The notes beneath the pieces are model-generated. The model made no database searches, was not told the origin of the DNA, and was given only the letters and a program-made list of their open reading frames with translations. From contig NW_003314308.1 in assembly GCF_000143415.4 (NCBI RefSeq), forward strand, positions 972,654-1,036,653: DNA of 64,000 nt, in the 5' to 3' direction. The first letter of the stretch is position 1. The number at the start of each line of letters is the position of its first letter. Shown in pieces: positions 13,561-24,064 of the stretch. Source of the DNA: Selaginella moellendorffii (lineage: Eukaryota; Plantae; Lycopodiophyta). Both the position numbers and the translations under genes were made by a program.

Positions 13561-14269
13561 ATTTAGTTTACAACATGTTAAAATTGTGTGGATATTGTAG
13601 TGGATGCAATGGTAAATTTTAGCAATATATATAAAATAAAATAAAAAACACCTGTAAACACAACTAATATGTTAGATATGTAAGGTCATAAGTTGGATTT
13701 TCTCCATAAACTTTATAGCCTTGGAGAAGAGTAAATGATTCTTACCTAGCTTAAACAACCAAATATTTTTGGTGGAGTAAACATAATAATAAATGAAAGA
13801 AAAGAAAGAAAGTAAAGTGCCTATAACATTTTATATTCTATACTTTTCTGATGTTGCCTATAAACCCAACACCAAAAAATATTGCAAATTGAACTATTTT
13901 TCTCCTCTACCTCTACTATGAACTCATGAAGTGAGGACTTAAAAACTACATGGAAAACTAATTTTATAACTATATCATGGTAGCACTAAAAAAGTTTATT
14001 TCACTTCCAATTTTATAAGTATGCTTTGAAAGAATCAATGTTATACATGGCTGAAAAACCATATGCATGTGAGATTGTTACAAAAAAGTGGTAAAAAGTA
14101 AATAATTTTTAAAAAAAAATCATTTATAAAAATTAACTATATTTTGCAAAAATTTATTCTGAGAATAAATGTGAAAATTAAAAAATAATCAAATCTTTCT
14201 GTATAATCAATTTAATCTCAGTTACTTTTTTTTTAACTTTTATATACCACCATTGGAACCATACCATCT

Positions 14270-14425
14270 TTGGTTTGCTTAAGCAAACGGTAGGGGGACT
14301 GAAATGGTAGTGAATAAACATAGAATATGCTTGAATATTCTAGAATATTCTACCATCTAACAGTTGTTATTTATTTAGATTAATCTTATAATTTATAAAC
14401 ATGTTTATAATTTATAAACTTTCTT
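14270..14425. repeat. Dispersed AT-rich repeat with palindrome gtttgcttaagcaaac; inverted homolog of 57052-57330
   Basis: The reverse complement shares aagattaatctaaat(g/a)aat, cactacca and gcttaagcaaaccaaa with two tandem units at 57052-57330. Confidence 0.7.
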
Positions 14426-14686
14426 AAACACTTTTTAGTATATTCTTTTTTCTTCTACTGCAATAAGATTAATATTGTGTTTTATAAATATGACTATAAC
14501 TTTAAATTTGTATTTAATCAATTGGATTAATAAGTAAGAATAATACTACTATTAAGCAAAGTAAATATTGCTACATGCAACGCATAGCAAATTTTTGTGA
14601 CAGCTACCTGAAACCGATATAAAAACAAAAAAAAAACAATGTATGGAAAGAAAACTAGTGTTGTGGTTAAGCTTGAGCATCTTTAG

Positions 14687-17600
14687 TAAGGAGATATAGT
14701 ACTCACTTCCATGACAAAGATAGCCTCCTTGACAGCCTCGAGGGAGATGGCACAGGCTCCTCTGGAGGCAGCAGCCATTGCCAAAGGGTACTACTGTTGA
14801 CTTCCCAGCCAAGATGAGAGCCAACTGCAAAGATTTCCTGCTCGAGAGCATCCTGAGATGCAAATCTTACTATCCTCTGGTGAGGCTCAAGGGGGACTTC
14901 CAGCAGCACTACACTGGATCACGTGTGGTATGGCTTCAAGAAGCTGGAAACTTTCCTGGACTTTGCTGGAGCTGCTCATAGGCATTTGGACGGGGTCGGG
15001 TGGCCAGAAGCTTCTCCACTTGAAGGAGTTGGAAGATAACAAGATCAAGGGCAAGGACAACATCAAGAACAGGTGCTTCTGTTCTTGACGAGGAGGAGGA
15101 GCTTGACGAGGTTGCAATGACTCTGGAACCAGAGGAAGAAAAGAAGAAGAAAGAAAAGGCAATGGTGGATGTGAAGAAGTGGAAGAAAGCTACCACGGCT
15201 AGTGTCCAGGAAACATGGAAAGCCCAGACTCCCGCAAGCAATGCCAAGGCGCAAGGAGTGAACAAGAGTAGAAGCAGTGGCAAGCTCAAGATGGGGGGTG
15301 GAAAGCTAAGCGTGCAGCTCCCACCTTGTTTGAGGCTGAGAGTAGCCTCGCTTTCAAGACCTCCAATCCATTATCCATGATGAATTGATTGATTATCATG
15401 GTGTGACTTGAGTTGCTAATTTTCGTTAGTACAGTGGACTAACGCTGACTACTATCAGCAATGCTATCCCATTACTGTTCTAATGAGCTCATTCTAATGA
15501 ATTCATTGATGTGCTTATAAAGCTGGTAAATAATTAGTGACTATCGTTGACTGCTATGACTACTATAACCTACTACTTACGATAAGAAATGTTATTGAAA
15601 GTTTATATTTTTAAAAACAGGAAATTAAATGTCCAATGTTGTTTGAGACTTGCAATATAATCCCCCAATTCAATAGCTCTCTGTTGTCTTAATGAAAAGT
15701 TATTGTCTTGTTGCCTTGTTTGAAACTTGCAAATCATAATCTCCTGATTCAAATGCCTCCAGACTTCTCCATCTGTTATAATTTTGATTGAATACCACGG
15801 ACCTGCCTTTGCCTGTTCCGGTTTAAAAAAACCGAAGTGATTTGTTTCATGAATCTTCATTCTGTGCCTGCAACCTCAAGCATATCATCAGTCCAAAACG
15901 ACCGAAAAGCGTACCTCCTTTCGCTGTAAGCTCCGTCGAGCTCAAGCTTAACCTCCAAGGTGGAAGGCTAGTTCAAGCAGAAGTTATACTTTAACTCGAG
16001 GCATGGAGACTGTTTACCTTGGCATCTGAGTCGTGTACACAAGCAGCCAAATGCGAACCTCCAGAATTGGCCGAGTGATTTGCCTCAACCACGGGCTTCT
16101 CCAGATTCTCCACCTCACGGATCCTAAAAGTGCTCCATTAGTCACTTGTTCTATCTCTCAAGCATGAAGACTTACCTGTGGGAGTGCTTGTTGCCGGGCC
16201 TCCTCATCCCAAACTCGGTGATCCTTTGCATGTGCTTCTCCATCTCAACTTGCTTCTCCGCTGCTGCCGCGAGCCGAACAACGAAAGCATCTCCAGGATC
16301 GAACACAGTGCCACGATGAGACACTGGATCCAAAGCCTGTTCCTGGGCTCTTCGATCATTGCCGCTCCGACGAGCAGCACTCGACAAGAATGGATCCTCC
16401 GGGAGAGAAGCTCTTGGCACCTTCTTGTGCTCGTCGACTCCGTGGATCGCTGCTGGTGGATCTCGTCCCAATGGCGGCGTCAGGCGGTCGTCAACCGAAT
16501 CGGTAGCAGCACCATAGATTGGATTCGTCTTGAGAAAAGCCGAAGGTGGCAGCCGCCTGGAGGCCTCGCGAGTGGAGGACTGGGCACCTTTGTGCTGGGA
16601 TTTGATAACATGGCAACCAGGGTCGCCTGTCTTTCACACGTTTTCATCGCCGCCTCCGCCTGGCCCCTTGTCTATTGCTCCGCCTCTGGGGTCGTCATCA
16701 TCATCAACAGCAGCAGCAGCAGCAGCGGCAGCGTTTGCGACACCGGGGCTGCTTGTGGCAGGCATCGTCCTTTTCCTGCTTGCTATGGTGGCCATCATCA
16801 CTGGCATCTGGATACTCGTGAAGGGAAGAAGAAAGAAGGCGAATGACATCCTGGTGCGCTACGTCGGGAGCAGCCATCTTCCTGGCGGTGGCAGCAGCAG
16901 CAGCGGCAGTCAGCGAGAGTATCTCGTTCCCTTGAGCAAGATTGAGGACGCAGAGCTCCGGGACAAGCTCAATTCCTTCGTTCAAGAGAGGAGCAAGCAG
17001 CACCTTCGACCGTCGCAGCTGTGTCATGAGCGGGCCTTGGCCACCAAGTGGTTGTCCCAGAAGAAGGTGGCGGCCCTGTATGCTCCTTTGCTGGTGGAGG
17101 TGGCGGCGGCCCAAACCTCCTTGGTCGCCAAGTGGTTGTCCCGGAAGAAGGTGGCGGCCCTGTATGCTGCTTTGCTGGTGGAGGTGGGTGCTGCTTTGCT
17201 CCTCCTCCGTGGCTGTGCTGCTTTGCTGCTCCGTGGCTTGCTGGTGGCGGTGGCGGACTGTGCTGGTGCTGCTTTGCTGCTCCGTGGTTTGTTGGTGGCG
17301 GACTGTGCTGGTGCTTCTTTGCTGCTCCATGGCTTGTTGGTGGAGGTGGTGGTGCTCCATGGCTGTCCTGCTTTGGAGGTGGTGCTCTTCCATGGCTGTG
17401 CTGCTTTGCTGCTCCATGGTGTTGCTCTGCTGGTGCTGGTGGAGGTGCCTGACTGTGGGCGCTGCTGTGAGGTGGCGGAGCTCCTCTCGCCCTCCTTGGC
17501 GATGGTTTGGGGGGCGGCATGCTACCGGTGTCGCGCTCCTGTGCCCTGGACGAGGCGGATGCACGCTCCTGTGCGCAGCTGGAGGCGGCACCCGACGAGG

Positions 17601-17968
17601 CGGAGACGACGGCGGCACACTCCGACGGATGATGGTAGCCATATTTCTTGCTTACCGGATTCGCTTCCGAGAAACCTTTTTTTTAGGTCATGAAGGTTTA
17701 GTGCATATAAATACCTTATCTGCCAGTTTTTGCGATCATGATGGAAGAAATATCACTGTTCGGAATCTCTTTCTTTCATTAGCACATAATGCTCATTTGG
17801 TTCTTCCCCCAAAAAAACCGGAGCTCGTTGATATTCTAGGAGGAAGAGCAAAGATGAGAATGGTCGTTCACCACGATGCAATGCTCCGTGCGTAAGAATT
17901 TGATCAAAATCTCCACTCTGGAAGCTCATGTTCTTTGAAAATTCTTTTCATTGCGTTTTAGGCGTCAA
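14687..17968. repeat. Segmental duplication copy 2
   Basis: Direct-orientation copy of 6290-9919 with inverted sub-blocks at 15334-15490 and 16604-17020. Confidence 0.95.
15603..17642 (-). pseudogene. Rearranged copy of the extensin-like membrane protein gene
   Basis: Same start (MATIIRRS), an early frameshifting deletion, a contracted repeat, and the TM-encoding segment inverted at 16604-17020. Confidence 0.85.
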
Positions 17969-17994
17969 GAGAACTGCTGGCCCTTTTGATCCAG

Positions 17995-18180
17995 CATCAT
18001 CGGGGAGCCAATGAGGTAGTCGGCTCCATCATCGGCCGCAGCGCCACGCTCGTCTCGCCCAGCGGCCGCTACAAGGCGAGAATGCAGCGTGACTGTAACT
18101 TTGTGCTCTTCGGCACTTACCGTGACATGAACAAGGTGATGTGGGCCGGTAAGGACACCGGATGCTCCCACTGCCTAGAA
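17995..18180 (+). pseudogene. Bulb-type (GNA/curculin-like) mannose-binding lectin domain fragment
   Basis: Reads SIIGRSATLVSPSGRYKARMQRDCNFVLFGTY..VMWA, with the QxDxNxVx(Y/F) sugar-binding motif. No ATG or signal peptide, and truncated. Confidence 0.65.
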
Positions 18181-18459
18181 ACATTTTGCCCCATTTTCCA
18201 CATGATTGAGATTCCAAATCTGATATTTACCTGGATGGTCACGCCTAGCTCAACTTCTTTTTGCACTGGGTATTTACGTTGGAGTTATAATTATTTACTT
18301 ATTGTAAAGTCTACAAAATAAATACACTAGTTATGGTATAAGTAGCTTTTTAGGGTTCTTGGGATTTTATTAGGTTGCCCATACCAGGAATATTCGTAAG
18401 CTCTTCATTGATTCTGTTTCCCAGAATATTCTTTGTGCGTTTTGGACATTCCTTGCCTT

Positions 18460-18992
18460 CTAGCGCGCAATCTGGCGCTTGGCCTGATCAATCTGTCCCA
18501 GCGATTCATCCGGGGCGCGCTGCTCGTCACTCCCGAGCTTCTCCTGCGCGGATCGCACGAGCCCTCCAGCCGCCTCGTCGTGCTCCCGGGCTACCTCGTT
18601 TGGTTGCGAGGCATGGTGCTTGCCCGAAAGCCCCTTCTTGGCGCCCTCGAATTCGTCCTTGAGCATAGCCTTGGCGTCGTCCAGGCCGCTCCGTCCCTCG
18701 CCCTCATCGTCACCTGCGCTGCCGGATTTCGCTTTCTCTGCCTGCTCATATTTCTCTTTGAGGGCCTGCTGCGCGGCGTCTAGGGGCGTTCCAACCTCGG
18801 ACAGCTCCCTGCATTAAACGAGGGATCAAACAAGAGAAAGAATCACTCTCCCTGATAGATCATTGATCACACAAGAGCTCGATAACTCACTCGGAGGAGT
18901 TGAGATCTCCAATCCGCTACGTACGCAAAGACGCGATTGTCGTCAAACAACACAAAGACAAATCAAAAGGATCTTACCTCGCCTGACGACAT
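18460..18992 (-). CDS. Small hydrophilic LEA-like protein (129 aa, 3 exons)
   Basis: Exons 18992-18978, 18916-18891 and 18808-18460 with GT-AG introns of 61 and 82 bp give MSSGERIGDLNSSEELSEVGTPLDAAQQALKEKYEQAEKAK...DQAKRQIAR. Rich in A/E/K/G/D/S, with no Cys or Trp. Confidence 0.65.
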
Positions 18993-19079
18993 GATCGCAC
19001 CGATTGATCCAGAGAAAGAGAGAGCCGCAACGAAAGTTTATGCTGTTCGATCGAACTGGTTGGCTGAGCGACACTTGGT

Positions 19080-20125
19080 TTACACCACGTGTCTAGCACA
19101 GATGACTTTTATTGACCAAAGACTATTGAGCATGCTAAATTAGCTTATATATACCGAATGTATCTCGCCCCACCGGAGAAATGTCTAGGTTAGACCAAGA
19201 GAGAGTGACTTTCCAGTGGAGTTTCGATTCGGGGAGAGATCTGGTGCTTCTTTCGCACTGGAGAAGAGAGAGCTTTGGGGGAGCGATGGAGGTGCAAGCA
19301 GCTGGCCATGGTGTTGCAATGGTTTTAAAGAGGGTAGGACAATCGCTGGGCATGGACTCGGTTATCTGTTTGCGTAGTATAAATCTGTGAACACAGTTTG
19401 CTTGTTGGTAGGAATGGGGCAGTTTAGCTTGGCGACAGTTTCTTGTCTAACAGAATGACCTCCGAGAAGTGCAAAAGACTTTGTACCAGGTCCGATGCCC
19501 ATGACCTTCATAAACAGTTAACTATTTATCTGTTCTGGGATCAAATGGCAGTCCTAACTTAGAACCCCAGGATACCCACCTATGGCTACCAGGCATAAGC
19601 GAACCTGGCATACCTTTATTGGTTCTAGAAAAATGTTCAAATGCCAGGTAAGCAATAATACCTTGTTTTTCAAATTAATAGAGTAATACTTAGTTTAGAA
19701 TATTTGTAACAAATCTGGGTCAATCCAGCCTTTGGCAGCCGTCAGATTAAATCAGGCCACGTTCTCTGCGAGAACGTGGCTCACAACTGCCAGGTTCTCC
19801 AGAACCCAACTGCCAGCTGCCAGTTCTGGAGAGAACCCTCTCATCCTCAAATAACATTATTCCACGTGTCCGTTAGCAGTAGGCCGTTCCTTAGTCGTTC
19901 TGGAGAACCCAGCTGCCAGCTAGGTTCTGACAACCCTTTCATCCTCAAATAACATTATTCCACGTGTGCGTTAAGAGTCTTGCCACAGCCCGTTAAGGCT
20001 GTGGCTCGCCTGTTCTGGACAGGAACTCCTTTTTCATACACAATTATCTAGAACTATACAGCTCATGTCACATATTTTTATTGCCAGCTATGTAATAATA
20101 CAAGTTCTTCAGACCCACGTCACAT
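19080..20125. promoter_or_regulatory. Cluster of ABRE/G-box motifs in the divergent LEA-like / PLA1 intergenic region
   Basis: CACGTGTC at 19086 and 19863, CACGTG at 19961, and two inverted ACGTGGC sites forming a hairpin at 19756-19780. Confidence 0.5.
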
Positions 20126-20504
20126 ACTTAAATACGTAAGCAATTCAGCCAGATGTTCTATTGGATATTCTGACTGGAATTATATGTTAAAAGAGCGTAA
20201 GCGTGAAAAACGTGTGAGCTAACAAACAAAACAGCCACTGTTGGCATCGACGACTCATTGATGCTACATAAACTGCGAGCAAGAGAGTTTCTCAAACCAA
20301 GTCCTCTCTTTTCTAGCTTGGAGGAGAGTGAGAGTTTACAAAGTCTAGCTAGATACTTGGTTACTCGAGTGCTTGCTCAGCTAGTTCTTAGAAAAGCAGC
20401 CGCTCGCAAGCTTTTTAAGAGTTCTCTGTCTAGATACTTAAAAGCGTGGCTACAGCGAGAGCGAGTGTTACCTTAGAATCGATCGAAAGCTTCGCTTACC
20501 CCGA

Positions 20505-21761
20505 ATGGCTCTAGCTGCGAAGTGGCGATCCGTCCAAGGTCAGGATCACTGGGAAGGCATGCTGGAGCCTCTGGACAAGGACCTGTGCCAGGAGCTCATC
20601 CGCTACGCGCAGTTCATCCAAGTGGTCTACGACTCGCTCAACAAGAACCCCGTCTCCAAGGCCAATGGCCTGCCGCGCTATGCCAAGTCGGAGCTCTTCG
20701 ACAAGCTTCACGTCAAGGCCAATTACACCATCCGGAACTTCTTCTACTGCACCACCGATCTCGAGACTCTGCTGGGCAAAGTCGTAGAGACCGTCCTCGA
20801 CTTCACGGACCCAAACACTTCTTGGTTTGGATACGTTGCCGTGTCGGACGACGAAGAAACTCGGAGGCTCGGCCGGAGGGACATCATCGTGGTCTTTCGA
20901 GGCACGCAGCAGGACATCGAATGGGCCAGCAACATACTTAACTCGTTCCACGGCCAGATAGGCAAGCCGGAGCCTAAGTCCGGCCTTCCACCGCTCCAAA
21001 CTCCGACTTCTACTCCCACAGGGTTCCTGTCCGGCCTCACCAACATTCAGCTTCCCTGGGAGAAGGTCCTTATCGCGAACCGCTGGCTGGCACCTTACAC
21101 CGGGAAGAACCCCCAGGAGCCTCTTGGTTTCGGGAAGAAGTCGGCCAGAGAGCAGATCTCCGCGGCTGTGACCTCGCTCCTCAACGAGTACAAGGCCGAG
21201 GAGATGAGCATCACTGTCACCGGACACAGCCTCGGTGCGTCACTGGCGACTGTTTGCGCGTATGATATCGCCAATGAGAAGTTGAACGTGAATCCTTCCA
21301 CGAAGAAAGTCATCCCCGTCACTTGTTTCCCTTTCGCTTCTCCTTACGTTGGCAACGAGGAGTTCAAGACCGCTGCCGAGAAGATCGAAGGCCTCCGGAT
21401 CCTGAGAGTGACCAACATCTGGGACCTGGTTCCAAAGGTGCCACCGCTGCTCTGGGGATACAGGCACGTCGGGATAGAGCTCACCATCGATACTTCCAAG
21501 TCGAGCTATCTCAAGTTTCCGACCACGGACCCTTTCGATCACCACAATCTTCAAGCGCATTGCCATCTCGTCGGTAACAAAGTGGAGCCGCTCAAGTACC
21601 ACCACTTAGAGCTTGTGAACAAATCGTCCAACCTCTTGAAGGATTCTTTAGTTCCCGGTAACTGGTGGGTGGTGGAGAACACCGACGTTGTGGTGAACGA
21701 GGCTGGGCGATGGGCACTCAAGGAGTACAACATCAGTGCGGACAACAACGAGTATAACTGA
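20505..21761 (+). CDS. Phospholipase A1 / class 3 lipase (DAD1-like, PLA1-II type), intronless
   Basis: Motifs WRSVQGQDHWEGMLEPLD, GYVAVSDDE..RRLGRRDIIVVFRGT, ITVTGHSLGASLA (GxSxG), DLVPKVP, HNLQAHCHLV and LVNK..PGNWW. Confidence 0.95.
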   Translation: MALAAKWRSVQGQDHWEGMLEPLDKDLCQELIRYAQFIQVVYDSLNKNPVSKANGLPRYAKSELFDKLHVKANYTIRNFFYCTTDLETLLGKVVETVLDFTDPNTSWFGYVAVSDDEETRRLGRRDIIVVFRGTQQDIEWASNILNSFHGQIGKPEPKSGLPPLQTPTSTPTGFLSGLTNIQLPWEKVLIANRWLAPYTGKNPQEPLGFGKKSAREQISAAVTSLLNEYKAEEMSITVTGHSLGASLATVCAYDIANEKLNVNPSTKKVIPVTCFPFASPYVGNEEFKTAAEKIEGLRILRVTNIWDLVPKVPPLLWGYRHVGIELTIDTSKSSYLKFPTTDPFDHHNLQAHCHLVGNKVEPLKYHHLELVNKSSNLLKDSLVPGNWWVVENTDVVVNEAGRWALKEYNISADNNEYN

Positions 21762-23372
21762 GAGAAGAAAGTGAGGTTTTTTCAGTGGTGTGCTATACAA
21801 CAATAACTGGAATAATGCTCAGAAATAAAAAATCAGAAGTGTTTGGCTGTTCCTTGCAAAGCCCATGTGAAGGGGCTTTATAAAAAATGACCATTGCTCA
21901 CTGTGATGAAAATATCTCCTACGAGTTTTTTGGGAGATCTTCTTCTTCCTTTTTCACGCCTGCACACAATTCTTGCAGAAATGTATTTTAAAAGCGACAC
22001 ACCTGTCTTGCAGAGTTTTTTTTATCTTTGGAACTTTTCATATCATGCTGGCACCAGCATCCTATCCTGAAATACTTCCAGATCTTTATGAAGGAGGTGC
22101 AAAACAAAAACAAGAAAAACAAAAACAAGGCAAGAGAGAACCACAAACAAAAGAAAAACCAACAAAAAAAAAAATGTATTCATAGTTTTTTTATGAATTA
22201 TATTAAAAATAGAAATTTTTAATAAAAAGCGTTGATATTTTTATATAGGGGTTTTTATATAATATTCTACACTCCTTTGAGTGTCCTGGTACTAAACCTC
22301 AAACCATTCTCAAGGTTGGATTCTCATCTTCTTGGGAGGTGCTTCTCCAAAAGGCAACCATGCAGTGAATCCATTAGGTACAAGCTCTTGATCTAACCTA
22401 TTTTCCTCCTCCCATAAGAACATCGTGAAACAGGTCGATAGATCTAACTGTGCTGCTTAGGTTTGCTCTTTCAGTCTCTCTCCAGCCTGATATGAATCAG
22501 TAGTCAAGCCTTGAGCATCATGCTCCAGTCAGTCAGCCATCTTCTTCACTCTCAGTGCGTCTCCAAGTATTCCTGGATTGGGAGTTCAGATGAGAGCTTT
22601 GGTTTCTTCCTCTCTTCGTCCCCAAGATACTTCGACTTTTCTTTATTTCAAGAGCTCTACTGACCATTGTGGCTTTCAAGCCTCTTGGAAGCCATTTACG
22701 TTTGAAAGTGTCTATTGCTAGTGAATTAGAGAAGAAAGAGATAATCAGCAAGAATGAAAACTTCTTTTATTCCTGTTATCCATTTTGGCCTTGTATGCCT
22801 TTTCCACACTTTGCCTCTCTTTCCTTCCTCTTGTTGTTCTCAAGGATCTACTAACATTCTCAAAATGTAAGAGCTTGATAGCTTACTTTAAGTTCATTTA
22901 GGCACCGAACACCTCAACATAGTTGCATTCCCTCTCACATATTTTCTTGTGGTGCTCCAAATCGTATATCATCGTTGTCAAAACCTGAGAGGAGGACAAC
23001 ATACAGTCAACGTTCATACATCACAAGCCAAAACTCTAGAAAAGTCAAGGCCTTAATATAGAATATAAATAACCAGCTTTAAGTATTAAAAAACCATAAA
23101 ATCCTAATCAATACAAACCAGATATAGAAAATCGAGCTTAAAGAAAAAACGTAAGCTTGCTCCATAGCACAGCTGGAATTTGCTTTGCTGGATTATTTTT
23201 CCAAACAGTAGTTACCACGGGTTTTGAAATTAAAAATATTGAGAAAAAGTGCAATTTGCAATTTATTGCAAAATTCCCACTTTATCAAGAACTGCTCGCT
23301 CAAGAAAGTCCTGGCATCTGTAAAATTATCATATCATATTGGATTATTAGTATGTCTCCCACACATTTTTAT

Positions 23373-23567
23373 CTAGCAGCAGTACTGTCTCCGACGGTAG
23401 TAGCATTTCTTGGGGCACTCTGGTGCATTAGGATGAACTCTGGCCGTCCCCTTCGTCATAGTTGTCACGGTGGGGAGGTCCACTCTTGCAGTGGCAGGGC
23501 CAAAGGCAGCGAAGGCCAACACCAGCAGCAGCATCAACTTCATCATCAGGGCAACCTTCTTTGCCAT
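23373..23567 (-). CDS. Small secreted Cys/Arg-rich peptide precursor (64 aa)
   Basis: MAKKVALMMKLMLLLVLAFAAFGPATA|RVDLPTVTTMTKGTARVHPNAPECPKKCYYRRRQYCC*. Clear signal peptide, TATA box (tatataaa) about 70 bp upstream, and a GC-rich island in AT-rich flanks. Confidence 0.7.
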   Translation of the reverse strand: MAKKVALMMKLMLLLVLAFAAFGPATARVDLPTVTTMTKGTARVHPNAPECPKKCYYRRRQYCC

Positions 23568-24064
23568 CTCTCCAAGCAACTCCTTCCTGTGTTAAGATCA
23601 ACTCTTGAAAGAGCACTGCTTTCCTGGCTGCGTTTATATACCTTGTCAAGTTAGTGGGCTTGGAATATTGTTGACAAAGTACACCGCAGACTAGTCATAA
23701 TATTCCAAACCCACTAAGGTGACGAGGTGTCGTTTAAGAGACGTGCACGATTCTGAACACAGGATTCAAAATTGTTTTCTTTCCAAAATGTGAGCGTTCG
23801 ATTCAGCAATGAAGTCGAAAGATTTGAGAAGAATGTACAATAATCCAGCATCTGGGAATGCTGAGGTAAGATTTGAGAAGAATGTACAATAATCCAACAT
23901 CAAACTGTCTGGGAATGCTGCGGCATTGTTGTAAAACATGATCAAGGAAATCACACCTTTCTGCGCACGCGAAATATTTAAAAAAAAATTAAAATTCCAT
24001 TAATACATTTAACAGTTAAGTCCCTCCTTAAACCCTAAACTCTGAAACCTTAGAACAGTTAAGG

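Noticed and set aside
19756-20005. Hairpins as Helitron 3' ends
   Set aside because: Neither is followed by a canonical CTRR-T terminus.
22300-23050. Exon-like minus-strand fragments
   Set aside because: No recognisable motif and multiple stops; insufficient support for a call.
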